The notes: generated from the sequence alone by a model not told the origin. Positions 10,691-20,029 are shown, counted from the first letter of the whole stretch. The stretch: DNA of 63,925 bases, filler included, from an uncultured Acidimicrobiia bacterium (GCA_964347285.1; 6 parts of 6 records of this genome joined end to end with filler, not necessarily neighbours in it), one strand, 5' to 3'. Program-made: numbers and translations.

Positions 10691-11631
10691 GGGTTCTGCA
10701 GGGCTCTCATCGCGGCTGGCCGAAACCGACCCGCCCCTCGGTGATCGCCGTCGGAGTGTTCGACGGGGTCCACCGCGGCCATCGAGCCGTCCTGACGGCG
10801 GCCGGCCGCAGCGCCGACGCTCGGGGATACGAGTTCACCGTGCTCACTTTCGACCCACATCCGATGCAGGTGATCGACCCGGAGCGGATCCCCCGCCTCC
10901 TCACCACCACAGCCCAAAAGCTGAGAATCTTCGAGGAGCTCGGAGTCGAGACGACCGCGGTGTTGCGCTTCGACGATGAGGTACGCCGACTCGAAGCCGA
11001 GGCCTTCGCCGAGGACGTGCTCGACGGCGGGCTTGAGGCCGGCGAGGTGGTGATCGGGGGCGGGTTTCGGTTTGGCCACGGACGGAAAGGCGACGCCGAA
11101 GCGCTTCGCGACCTAGGCCGGAGGCTCGGCTTCGTCGTCGTGGAAGTCGACCTGGTCGGCGATAACGAGCCGGTGTCTTCGACGACAATCCGTGCCGCTC
11201 TTGCCGCCGGCAATGTCGAGCAGGCCGCCCGCGATCTAGGCCGGCACCACGAGGTCGAGGGGATCGTCGTGACGGGAGCCGGGCGCGGCGTCGCGATCGG
11301 TGTGCCCACTGCCAACCTCTCCCTCGACGGTGCCGTGGTCGTGCCGGCCCGCGGCGTGTATGCCGTCATGGTGCGGGTCGGTGGGGAAGAGGTCGCCGGT
11401 GTGGCCAATGTGGGGATCCGGCCGACCTTTGGCAAGAACGGCGAGGTGGTCGAGGCCCATCTCTTCGATTTCTCGAGAGAACTGTACGGAGAGCGGCTGG
11501 GAATCTCGTTCGTGAGCCGGCTGCGCGACGAGCGAACCTTCGATAGCGTCGAGGCGCTGGCGGCCCAGATCCGCCGCGACATCGGCGCCGCCCGTCGTCT
11601 GCTGGCGGTTCCCGAGCAGCAGGACCCTTGA
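10687..11631 (+). CDS. ribF: Bifunctional FAD synthetase / riboflavin kinase
   Basis: GVFDGVHRGH, TFDPHP, VSSTTIR, GVPTAN, NVGIRPTF, EAHLFDF. Confidence 0.96.
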   Translation: MRVLQGSHRGWPKPTRPSVIAVGVFDGVHRGHRAVLTAAGRSADARGYEFTVLTFDPHPMQVIDPERIPRLLTTTAQKLRIFEELGVETTAVLRFDDEVRRLEAEAFAEDVLDGGLEAGEVVIGGGFRFGHGRKGDAEALRDLGRRLGFVVVEVDLVGDNEPVSSTTIRAALAAGNVEQAARDLGRHHEVEGIVVTGAGRGVAIGVPTANLSLDGAVVVPARGVYAVMVRVGGEEVAGVANVGIRPTFGKNGEVVEAHLFDFSRELYGERLGISFVSRLRDERTFDSVEALAAQIRRDIGAARRLLAVPEQQDP

Positions 11632-11662
11632 ACCCCGCCGGGAGATAGCCCAAGCTGGTCCC

Positions 11663-12594
11663 GTGCCCGCCCTCGCCGGCCTCGTACTGGCCGCCGCCGC
11701 AACCACCACCACCCTGCCTCCTCCGGGCCACGGGCTGGGCCTGGCCCCGGAGCCGACGCCCCCGCCCGTTCTCGTTCCGACGGCGCCGTCTCCCGGCCTC
11801 TCCGTCGATCCACCGGCCGGTCTCGGCATCGCCCTCGCCGGAATCGTTGCCGCCGTTGCCGACCGGGCCCGGTGGAGGAGGCGTGAGCTGGCGTCCCTTC
11901 CAAAGCCGCCTCCTGAGGTGTTGGTGGTGTTCGTCCCCGGTTACGGCGCTGCCGCCTCCGGCACCTTCGAGGAGCTCATTGCCGGCATGGGCTTGTCGTC
12001 CGACCAGGTGGTCCGGTTCGATTATCGCTGGGTGGAATCGAAGGATTCACACGTCATCGCCACCGAGAAGGCCGACATCGACGAGCTGGCCGACGGCTTG
12101 AACGGATTCTTGGCGGGCGTGGCCCTGAGCGGCCGGCCCGTCTACCTGGTCGGCCACAGCAAGGGGGCGGTGGCCATCGCCGAAGTGATCGGTCGATGGG
12201 ACCGGCGTCCCGATCAGGCGGTGACCGCAGTCTTCGGCGCGGCGCTGCTCGACCCGCCGATGGCGCCCGGCGCGCTGGGTGGGGCCCTCCAGAGCGTCGG
12301 TCGGTACCTCCCTTTCCTGCCCAACGACGGCGGCTACCGTCCCGAGCGGTGCAACTGGCGGCGTTGTCGCGACACCCGGTCCCATCTCGGTGAGGCCGCC
12401 GGCTTGGAGGTAGCGGTGTTCCGCAACCCCGATGCCGCCGTGGCCAACTTCCCCGACGCGCCGCCGGGTCTGCGCATCTACGAGGTGGACGATGGGGAGC
12501 CAGAGCCCTCGGTGCTCGACGTCGGAGGCATCGCTCGCGCCCACCGCTTCGTCCTCCACTCGACGGCAGTGGCGGCCTGCATCCTCGACGAGCT
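11663..12594 (+). CDS. Alpha/beta-hydrolase-fold protein with Pro-rich N-terminus and a hydrophobic segment (3' end cut by contig end; start uncertain)
   Basis: VVFVPGYG strand and nucleophile elbow LVGHSKG. Confidence 0.6.
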
Positions 12595-12694
12595 NNNNNN
12601 NNNNNNNNNNNNNNNNNNNNNNNNNNNNNNNNNNNNNNTTAATTAATTAANNNNNNNNNNNNNNNNNNNNNNNNNNNNNNNNNNNNNNNNNNNN
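12595..12694. other. Artificial contig linker
   Basis: 44 N + TTAATTAATTAA (stops in all six frames) + 44 N. Confidence 0.98.
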
Positions 12695-12696
12695 GG

Positions 12697-13473
12697 TCAC
12701 CCCAAGACCACCACCAGAAGGGGGTATATCATCGCCCCGTTCTCGGAGTGTCCGATATCGATGCCTCTTTGTGTCACGGCCTTCGGATGTGCGCCTCGCG
12801 AGATGAGGAGCGAGGCGCAGGTGTGGCGGAGATCGTGGATGCGCAGGCCGTGCAGTCCAGCCGGCTCGGTCGCCGGCACCCACACGCGATTTCGGAAGTT
12901 GGAATGACGCAGCGGCTGTCCGGCCCCCACGACCGACGTCCTGTAGGAACGCCCTGCGGTCGTGAAGACCAGGCTGTCAGGCTTGGGGGCCCGCAGGTCC
13001 ATATGCATCTGCAGAAGCCCGCAAAGGAACTCAGGCACTACCACTTCCCGGCGCGACCAGGTCTTGGTTGGGCCAAGGTGCAGACATCCTCCGACCTCCG
13101 CGAGCGATCGCTCGACCCGGATTCTTGAGTCCTCGAGCCTGATGTCAGAACGACGAAGCGCCACTGCCTCGCCCCATCGCAGTCCCGAGTAGGCGAGCAG
13201 GTAGACGAGCGTGTCGTAGGGAGGCGCCATGTTCGAGGCGAGACGGTGAACCTCTTCTGCGGTAAGGAACCGCGCCTCCCTCGGGACAGCTCGAGGAAGC
13301 TCCACACCCACGCAGGGAGAACGGGCGACGTACCCGGCGTCGACCGCGTGCTGCATCACCGATGAGAACAACTGGTAGGCCTGGCGGACTCTTGAAGGGC
13401 TGCCGCTGAGGAACCGGCAGATGGGGCGCACCTTTCGGATAGCGGCCACGGTGAGCGTTCGGAGAACCCGCAC
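12697..13473 (-). pseudogene. Tyrosine recombinase/phage integrase remnant
   Basis: YSGLRWGEAVAL, PTKT and RIHDLRHTCASLLI present; similarity is lost after GAHPKAV (no canonical LGH...Y box) and the N-terminal part before GSPSRVRQAY looks missing. Confidence 0.75.
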
Positions 13474-13652
13474 GCATTCGTGCCGATCCCGGACGGGTAA
13501 CTGTTGAGAGCGTTCTCACTCCCGAACGGGTGATCGGTGCCGGTTGCGGTTGTGAGCGGGTCATCGGTCCCTGGCTGTTCGGCCGTGTAACCTCGACGCT
13601 TTGTGCAGGCCTTCTGCACATGTCGAACGGATCGGCTCGGAGTGAGGGTGCG

Positions 13653-14870
13653 ATGCGGCGTGGGTTTGTCCTTATCGTCAGTCTGGCGATGCTCGCCGCG
13701 GCGTGCGGTGACACGGCGGCGCCGTCTACTTCGCCGCCTATCACCCAAGCAGTCGCCTCGGCGCCGTTGCCCTTCGGCGCTGAGCTGCAGGCTGTGCTCG
13801 ACGCGGGAATGGAGGCGCCTGGGTCGGTAGGGGTTTCGGCGGCCGTGATCGTGCCTGGCTTTGCGCCATGGGTGGGGGTAGCTGGGTTCTCGGACCCGAC
13901 CACTGGCGAGGCCATGCGCCCCGAGATGATGTTCGACATCGGCAGCGTCACCAAGAACTTCACCGCGGCGCTGATGCTGCTGTTGGCGGAAGAGGGCACT
14001 TTCAGCCTGGATGACCCGATCAGTGATTGGGTAACGGGCTACCCGCAGGTCCCTGCGGAGGTCACCCTGCGCCAGTTGGTGGGTATGCAGAGCGGTATCG
14101 CCGATTGGGTCCGCAATCCGAAGTCACCGTTTCGGGCTCCCGGGGTGGTGGGGGGCCCGGAAGCATTGGACGTTGTGGAGTGGGACAAGCTGTGGACCCT
14201 GGATGACCTGTTGACCATCCTGGTCGGGGACCCGGTGTTCCCGCCTGGCGAGGGCTGGCAGTACTCCAACACCAACTACCGCCTGGCCCGCCACGTCGTC
14301 GAACAGGTCACCGGGAAGCCGATGTCGGAGGTGATCCGCAACCGGCTGCTGGACCCACTCGGCCTGCACGGGACCTTTGTCGAGTTCGACCAGTCCATAC
14401 CCGCGGACGTCGTGTTTGCCCATCCCTGGACCTGGGACTTCGACGGCGACGGCCGCCCCGACGACTTCGGCGGCAGGTCCCACAACTGGCTGTTCAGCCT
14501 GCTGCCGATCCTCATCTATTCCACTGCCGAGGACCTGGCGGGCTGGTGTGCGGCGCTGTTCACCGAGGGCAAGGTCCTCAGCAACGCGTCGCTCTCCGAG
14601 ATGCTCACCTTCGTGCCCGCCGACGACCCGGGCGAGGAGCTGGCAGCCGCCTACGGACTCGGGGTGGGCAAGTTCAACCCGGAATTCAACTTCGACCCCG
14701 ACCACTACGGCCATCTCGGCCAGAGCATGGCCTACGAGACGATGATGGTCTACATACCGGAACACGAGGCCTGCGTAGTCGCCATGGTCAACAACGTCGG
14801 TGGCGCGCTGGCCGCCGCCGGCGCACCACTCCTCACCGTGGTCGACCAGCGCCTATCTGCTGCCGGCTAA
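13653..14870 (+). CDS. Serine hydrolase lipoprotein (class C beta-lactamase/D-aminopeptidase family)
   Basis: Lipobox LAAAC after MRRGFVLIV; GSVTK (SxxK), YSN and HLG motifs. Confidence 0.85.
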   Translation: MRRGFVLIVSLAMLAAACGDTAAPSTSPPITQAVASAPLPFGAELQAVLDAGMEAPGSVGVSAAVIVPGFAPWVGVAGFSDPTTGEAMRPEMMFDIGSVTKNFTAALMLLLAEEGTFSLDDPISDWVTGYPQVPAEVTLRQLVGMQSGIADWVRNPKSPFRAPGVVGGPEALDVVEWDKLWTLDDLLTILVGDPVFPPGEGWQYSNTNYRLARHVVEQVTGKPMSEVIRNRLLDPLGLHGTFVEFDQSIPADVVFAHPWTWDFDGDGRPDDFGGRSHNWLFSLLPILIYSTAEDLAGWCAALFTEGKVLSNASLSEMLTFVPADDPGEELAAAYGLGVGKFNPEFNFDPDHYGHLGQSMAYETMMVYIPEHEACVVAMVNNVGGALAAAGAPLLTVVDQRLSAAG

Positions 14871-15067
14871 CGACTCGCAAGCCGCCACTCGGGTCGCCTC
14901 CGACTCCGTTAGCGCACTCCTACGTGCCGTTCCCGAGTGGGTAGCGAGCGCGGGCGTTTTGGCGCATATTCGGTGATCGGTCGCGGGCGAGTGCCGCCGA
15001 GCGAACATCGGCCGCAGGCGGATGCTCCCGTCATTGGCATCCGCAAGCGAGACCCTGCCCCGACTGC

Positions 15068-16381
15068 CTATGGCACAGGTACCAGCTCGCCGCCCTCGAC
15101 TCTGAGTACCGCAAAACCATATGCCCCGCAATCTCCCAGCGGGTCGCAGGTGATCGTTCCCGTCAGGCCCTCGAATCCCGTCGTGGCGAACAGTGCATCT
15201 CGGAGCGCCCGGCGTCCAATGTGTAGCGTGCCGGCGCCGTCAACGATCCCTACCCCCTTGATGCCACTCACGATGAGATTCGTGGCGTCGAACGCCATCG
15301 CGCTGAACAAGGTCAGTGGGTCCTCACCGAACTCATCGAAGTACGCGGAGGCGAAGGCCGCATATTCGGGAGTGTCGGTGAACGACGGGTCCGGATCGGT
15401 GAACAGCATGCCCTCGGCGTCGGCGCCGAGGCCGTCCACGAACTCCTGGAGGGCAAGGCCCTCGGCGGAGGCAAGCTGCGTTCCGTCGAGCGCCGGTGTC
15501 GCCCGAGCTTCGGTCACGATCGCCGAGCCAAGCGGCTCAAAGACAGGGAAGTACAAGACATCGGGCACTCCGGCAGCGACGACAGCTGCAATGACATCGG
15601 CCACATCGCTGCCATCCGGTTCGGCCACCTCGAAAGCCAGGTTGGTGCCCCCGAGCGCCTCGAACGCCCCAACGAACGCTTCGCCCAGATCCTGCGTGTA
15701 CTCGAAGTCCGATTGCCAGATGACGGCCGACGCGGCTGCACCCTCGGCTCTCACAAACCCGGCCATGGTGACGCCTTGATCGGCATCGTTTTCTGCCACC
15801 CGCAGATAACCAGCAGTGTGGGTGTCGGGAGCTGTCAAGAATGGCGCGGTGTTCGAGGGCGACACCATGCTCAAGCCGGCATCCGAGATGATTGGGGCCG
15901 CGGTGAGGGCGGCGCCCGAGCAAGTGGTGCCGACGACTGCCGTGATGGTCGGATCGGCCACGATGGCACTGGCCGCTGTTTCCCCACCTTCTGGGTTGCA
16001 CAGGTCATCCTCGTTGCGCAGTTCGACGGCGTGGCCCAGCACCGGTCCAGCGGCGTCGAGAGCGATCTGCACCCCCCGCAGCTGGTCGATACCCAAGTGG
16101 GCAACAGCGCCGCTCGTCGCGAGAGCCGTGGCGAGACGGAGCGGGTCCTCGTCGGCGTAGCTCACGCATCCCAACGGATCGCGACAAACGAACGCTCCCG
16201 TCTGTACCAAGCGGATGCAATCGCCTTGGTTACGAAAGCCCGCGTTGGTGAAGTCTTGCCACCCTCCGTTCTTGCACTCGGCCTTGGTGGTCGGCTGGCC
16301 CGGATCGGCTCCGGCAGCCAACGAAGCCGGCACGAGCGCCGCAATCAGCGAGACAACAAGAAGTACCACATACCGTCGCAT
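15068..16381 (-). CDS. Branched-chain amino acid (LivJ/LivK-type) ABC substrate-binding protein with a small extra N-terminal Cys domain
   Basis: EDDLCNPEGG, VGTTCSGA, MVSPSNTAP, YLRVAENDADQG, FEGLTGTITCD; signal peptide MRRYVVLL; SD GGGAGG upstream of 16381. Confidence 0.85.
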   Translation of the reverse strand: MRRYVVLLVVSLIAALVPASLAAGADPGQPTTKAECKNGGWQDFTNAGFRNQGDCIRLVQTGAFVCRDPLGCVSYADEDPLRLATALATSGAVAHLGIDQLRGVQIALDAAGPVLGHAVELRNEDDLCNPEGGETAASAIVADPTITAVVGTTCSGAALTAAPIISDAGLSMVSPSNTAPFLTAPDTHTAGYLRVAENDADQGVTMAGFVRAEGAAASAVIWQSDFEYTQDLGEAFVGAFEALGGTNLAFEVAEPDGSDVADVIAAVVAAGVPDVLYFPVFEPLGSAIVTEARATPALDGTQLASAEGLALQEFVDGLGADAEGMLFTDPDPSFTDTPEYAAFASAYFDEFGEDPLTLFSAMAFDATNLIVSGIKGVGIVDGAGTLHIGRRALRDALFATTGFEGLTGTITCDPLGDCGAYGFAVLRVEGGELVPVP

Positions 16382-16802
16382 CCTGGACCTCCCTCTCCCA
16401 AGCTCTGCCGGTGACCCCCAATTCTTCTGAGCATCCATCGGTCAGATGCCGAAGCATGAAGCGCGCCACCACGCTGCTGACAAGGTTCCGGCGGTTTCCC
16501 TTGGTGACCAGAGTCATAGGTCCCGATGTCCACCGCCGAACAGCAGGTATCCAGCCCCTGATTCGGCCAGACCCGCGCCCCGTTCTGGACTGGCTCGCTC
16601 CTCTGCGTCAGATCCAATGATCTGACCGATCGGCCGAACAGAACCGCAATCACCGCCCAACTGGCAACGCGATCGATGTGCGCACTCCCGTGCAGTTGCC
16701 GGAGCTACTAGGTCCGTCGAGGCCTCTCGACGCCGCTGGCCAAAATCACGCGCGGCTGGGTCTCCAACGACCCTCGGACCCGCGCGCTATCCGGCAGATA
16801 GA

Positions 16803-17438
16803 ACGCCGCTCCATCTGGAACCGACCGCCATTAGGACCGATCTGCGGGAACAGATCCTCGCCTGGATCGAGGACGATCCGTCACGAGGCCAAGCGGAATG
16901 GACCGGGAACGCCAAGACACCGCTGCGTTGGGCTTACACGGGTGACGTCGGCAAGCCGTCGACCTTCGCTACCGAGATCGTCGAAGAGGCGACCGGCGTC
17001 GTCAGGTCGCTGGCGGGGCCGCGCTGGTGGTGCACCGAGGACGGACGCAGCCTGTCCGCAATCGCGCGAGAGCTCAGCGGGCAGGCTGAGGGTCAACGAA
17101 ACTGGAGTGACCTCCACAGCATCTTGAACAACCTGCCCCCGGGGCGATGGACCACCTACGGAGACCTCGCCCAGGCGATCGGCACCGCGCCGCAACCCCT
17201 TGGCTTGCACATCAGCGGATGCGAGGAATGCTCGAATGCCCATCGCGTCCTCACAGCAGCCGGAAAGGTTGCAGAGGGATTTGCCTGGACTGATCCAACT
17301 CAAAGCCAAACGCCTCGCGAGATGCTTGAAAACGAGGGCATCGAATTCGGAGCTAGCGGGCGCGCCGATGTAGCAAAGCGCCTTGGCCGCCATGTCTTAG
17401 AGGATTTGGCTCCGGACGCGTCCCAGGTGAGCAGCTAA
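16803..17438 (+). pseudogene. 5'-truncated gene: RAMA-like domain followed by MGMT/ATL-type DNA-binding domain
   Basis: Frame open from 16626 with no ATG/GTG/TTG until 17124; reads ...WIEDDPSRGQAEW...PLRW...GPRWWCTEDGRSLSAIA... then PPGRWTTYGDLA...NAHRVL. Confidence 0.6.
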
Positions 17439-17495
17439 GCAGCCAGCCACATCCGGAACCGGTCGGCCAGGTTGGCAATAAGGAGGCTCAGCGAC

Positions 17496-18428
17496 CTACC
17501 CACCAATCACGACGACGTCGTCGCAGCCGAAGACCTTGGTGCTGTCCCTCCATTCACCTTCCGCGCACGCTTTGCCGTCGCTCGCAAGACCGGTGTCGGT
17601 GGCGCCGAAGTGCGTGACGAGGTCTGGATGACCGTCGGCGTTCACGTCCTCGAGGTGATCGGTGTAGTTAGCAGGATCACCCAAATCGTGACTGGTCGCC
17701 GCACGGTCGGGGCCGAATCGGATTGAGGTNNNNNNNNNNNNNNGATTGACCGGTTTCGTCTCGCTTGCGGGCATCACATCGATGCCCATTTCCCTGGCTA
17801 CATCGCCCGGTTCAAGGCTAAGCGAGATCCCCTCCATTTCGATCGCGACCACGGCGGTGTTCGTATCTGGAACCGTGAAGGACATGGTTTCCGGATCGAA
17901 CACCACGCGATTCTCTTCGGGAATTGTGCCGGTTGCTAAGGTCTCGTCCGCCCCCAGGAAGATAACCTCTACGGTGCCGATGTACAGCGACACGGAGCCA
18001 CACGCGGCAACCACATCATCGCCGGCATCGATTGCGAGCTGGGCTGCGCCGCCGCACGTCTCAATGAGAGCGGGATCAGGCCCCCCCGATCCGTAGGCGC
18101 GGATCCGAACGCCTTCTGGATTCGGGACATCGGAGATTGCGAGGCTCTGATCTCCGCGATCGAGTATTTTCCCGTAGGTCGTGCCATCCGAACTCTCGTC
18201 GCCGAAGTCATCGGAGATGGTTCCAGGTTGATCGTCGACCTCGTCAAAGATCCCGTCCCCATCCGTATCCGCCTTGGTCACCAGGGTGAGGCCGGTGTCA
18301 TCATGAATGGGCTCGAGGACCAACCCACCAGCCAGTACGAGCCCGGCAGTGTCCGCGAAGTCGCCGTTCCGCGATCCGTAGTTCAGGATTCGGAACGCGT
18401 CGCCAACCGCGGGTGTGAAACCATCGAC
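17496..18428 (-). pseudogene. 3' part of a large secreted/extracellular protein gene
   Basis: DGFTPAVGDAFRILNYGSRNGDF, DTDGDGIFD Ca-binding-like motif, C-terminal IDVMPAS...TSIRFGP...EDVNADGHPDLVTHF module; no start or signal peptide; 14-N scaffold gap at 17730-17743. Confidence 0.6.
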
Positions 18429-18539
18429 CTGGCCGGGGCGCTGCGGGAAGCGGCCTTGAACGCCCTGCGTCGCGACGCCTCGGCCTTGACGGTAAGCGCC
18501 CAAGACATGGCGGCGGCAATCAGCCGGTACCGGGGCTGA
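18426..18539 (+). pseudogene. C-terminal lid fragment of an AAA+ (CDC48/FtsH-type) ATPase gene
   Basis: DLAGALREAALNALRRDASALTVSAQDMAAAISRYRG-stop resembles the AAA lid pattern DL..L.REAAL.ALR...V...DF..A. Confidence 0.5.
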
Positions 18540-18578
18540 TGCTCCGGCGGCCGAGGCAGGCCGTTTCCAGGAATCGAA

Positions 18579-18716
18579 GGGCCGGGCGTAGACCACCACG
18601 TTCTCGGTGTAGCTCCTCGTAGCCCGGTCAAACGAGCCACCGCAGGTGATCAGCGCCAGCACCGGCTCTCCATTTCGCCTGAACAGATCGTCGGTGGGGA
18701 GCCGCTCCTTGTGATG
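18579..18716 (-). pseudogene. Class F sortase C-terminal fragment
   Basis: KERLPTDDLFRRNGEPVLALITCGGSFDRATRSYTENVVVYARP (LITCGG...Y..NVVV pattern of class F sortases); N-terminal part absent. Confidence 0.7.
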
Positions 18717-18784
18717 GGCGCCTCCTTCAGGAGGGGCGGGCTCTCGGCAGCAGCCAGAAACCCGGGTAGGCCAGTAGTGATGGC

Positions 18785-20029
18785 CTAGCGGCGGGCCAGG
18801 GTCAGCGCCATGGTGGCGATGCGGACCAGGGGTTCGGGCATGTCTTCGGCTCCCAGGTTGGCGAAGCTGCGCCAGGCCCGTGCGGGTTTGTGGGTGTGTC
18901 CTTTGAGGCCGGCAACGCCTTCGAAGTCGGGGGTCAGCTCGACACGATGGTTGCCGGCGATCTGGCCGATGAGCTGGTTGAGCCGTTGTTCGGCCTGGTT
19001 GGGCTTCTTGTTCAATGGGGCGTCTCGGTCGTGTACGGCGATGAATGGGACTCCTACTGCCGCTGCGACCCGGGCGATGAGGGGGAGGTTGGGTTTCCCA
19101 CCGCATTCGATGATGGAGATCCGCTCCTGGTCGGGGTCGTATCCGAGGGCGCGGAAGACGAAGGGGAGGGCGAGTCGTTCTGTCTGCCCTTCGACGAGGA
19201 TGGCGGCCCGGGCCAGGAACAGTTCGCTGCGGGCGGCGTCGAACTCGGAGTAGGCGCGGAATTCTTCATCGGCGGGGAGCGGCTCGGGCTGGAGGAGCCG
19301 GGTGCCTACCGCCGGGTCGTGTTCGGTGAGGACCAGCTCGTCAAGCCGGGTCACGTTGAGGAACAAGGGTGAGTGGGTGGAGTAGAAGATCTGGTTGCCT
19401 GCGGCGGAGAGACTTCGGAACAGCCGGTAAAGGAATCGTTGGGTCTGTGGCGGGAGGAAGAGCTCGGGTTCTTCGATGATCACCACCGTTCCGGTCCGTC
19501 CCGTCTCTACCCAGGCATTGATGGCGGCGACCAATTCGTGTGCTGCTTCGGTTGATCCCGGCGGATGCTCCGAGCTTTCTACGGTCTCGACTTCGCCGGT
19601 CTGGTCGAGGGGCCTCCCCGCCTCCATGGGCTCCGGTGGGTTCGAGGTGCCGCCGTCCAGGATGTGCGTGGCGCGGAGATGGGCGGGCAGGTAGTGGACG
19701 GGCGGCAGCTCGCCATGTTTGGCCAAGGACGTTGATGGGGGTTTACCTTCGAGGGTGCATCTGGCGCCGCCTCCGGTCTCGAGATCGATCCGGATCTGAC
19801 TGTTGCCGGTCTTGGCGACATCCTCTGGTGTGAGAGGAGCGGCGTTCGGGTCGAGGGCGGCTCTGATCGCGGCGAGGAGGTTCGACTTCCCGGTGCCCGG
19901 TTCACCGACAAGGGCGGTCACCGGCCCGGGCCGAAAGGAGGCATCTTCCAGGGTTCGAAAGCCCCTGACACGAACCTTGATCAATAGCTGGGGATTGGAC
20001 TCGATCTCCGTTTCGGCGCTGCCGCTCAT
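18785..20029 (-). CDS. OLD-family ATP-dependent nuclease (ABC ATPase + TOPRIM)
   Basis: VRGFRTL, Walker A GEPGTGKS, Walker B IIEEPE, H-loop STHS, TOPRIM LVEGQTE, ECGGK and HDRD. Confidence 0.85.
   Translation of the reverse strand: MSGSAETEIESNPQLLIKVRVRGFRTLEDASFRPGPVTALVGEPGTGKSNLLAAIRAALDPNAAPLTPEDVAKTGNSQIRIDLETGGGARCTLEGKPPSTSLAKHGELPPVHYLPAHLRATHILDGGTSNPPEPMEAGRPLDQTGEVETVESSEHPPGSTEAAHELVAAINAWVETGRTGTVVIIEEPELFLPPQTQRFLYRLFRSLSAAGNQIFYSTHSPLFLNVTRLDELVLTEHDPAVGTRLLQPEPLPADEEFRAYSEFDAARSELFLARAAILVEGQTERLALPFVFRALGYDPDQERISIIECGGKPNLPLIARVAAAVGVPFIAVHDRDAPLNKKPNQAEQRLNQLIGQIAGNHRVELTPDFEGVAGLKGHTHKPARAWRSFANLGAEDMPEPLVRIATMALTLARR

Noticed and set aside
12639..12650. TTAATTAATTAA palindrome repeated five times in the window
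   Set aside because: Always centred in a 100-nt N block; an artificial six-frame-stop contig linker, not biology.
12695..12704. Contig start GGTCACCCCA resembles the tRNA-His 3' end (possible att site next to the integrase)
   Set aside because: Only a 9-nt match in GC-rich DNA at a contig edge, and the tRNA-His at 33275 runs straight into tig with no island; cannot be supported.
13653..14870. Beta-lactam resistance gene
   Set aside because: SxxK/YxN/HxG motifs only place it in the broad serine-hydrolase family; nothing here shows beta-lactamase activity.
14865..14914. attC-like site (GCTAAC...GTTAGC) containing the serine hydrolase stop codon
   Set aside because: Only 50 nt, imperfect R boxes, no convincing L-box pairing, single copy, and the nearby integrase lacks IntI features.
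16437..16630. 11-bp inverted repeat ATCGGTCAGAT / ATCTGACCGAT as MITE ends
   Set aside because: Too short, no target-site duplication seen, no second copy in the window.
17496..19106. 536-aa minus-strand ORF as a sortase/secreted-protein fusion
   Set aside because: Its 5' part is an out-of-frame shadow of the OLD gene and its middle is the antisense of an AAA fragment; it is a chance in-frame chain of remnants.
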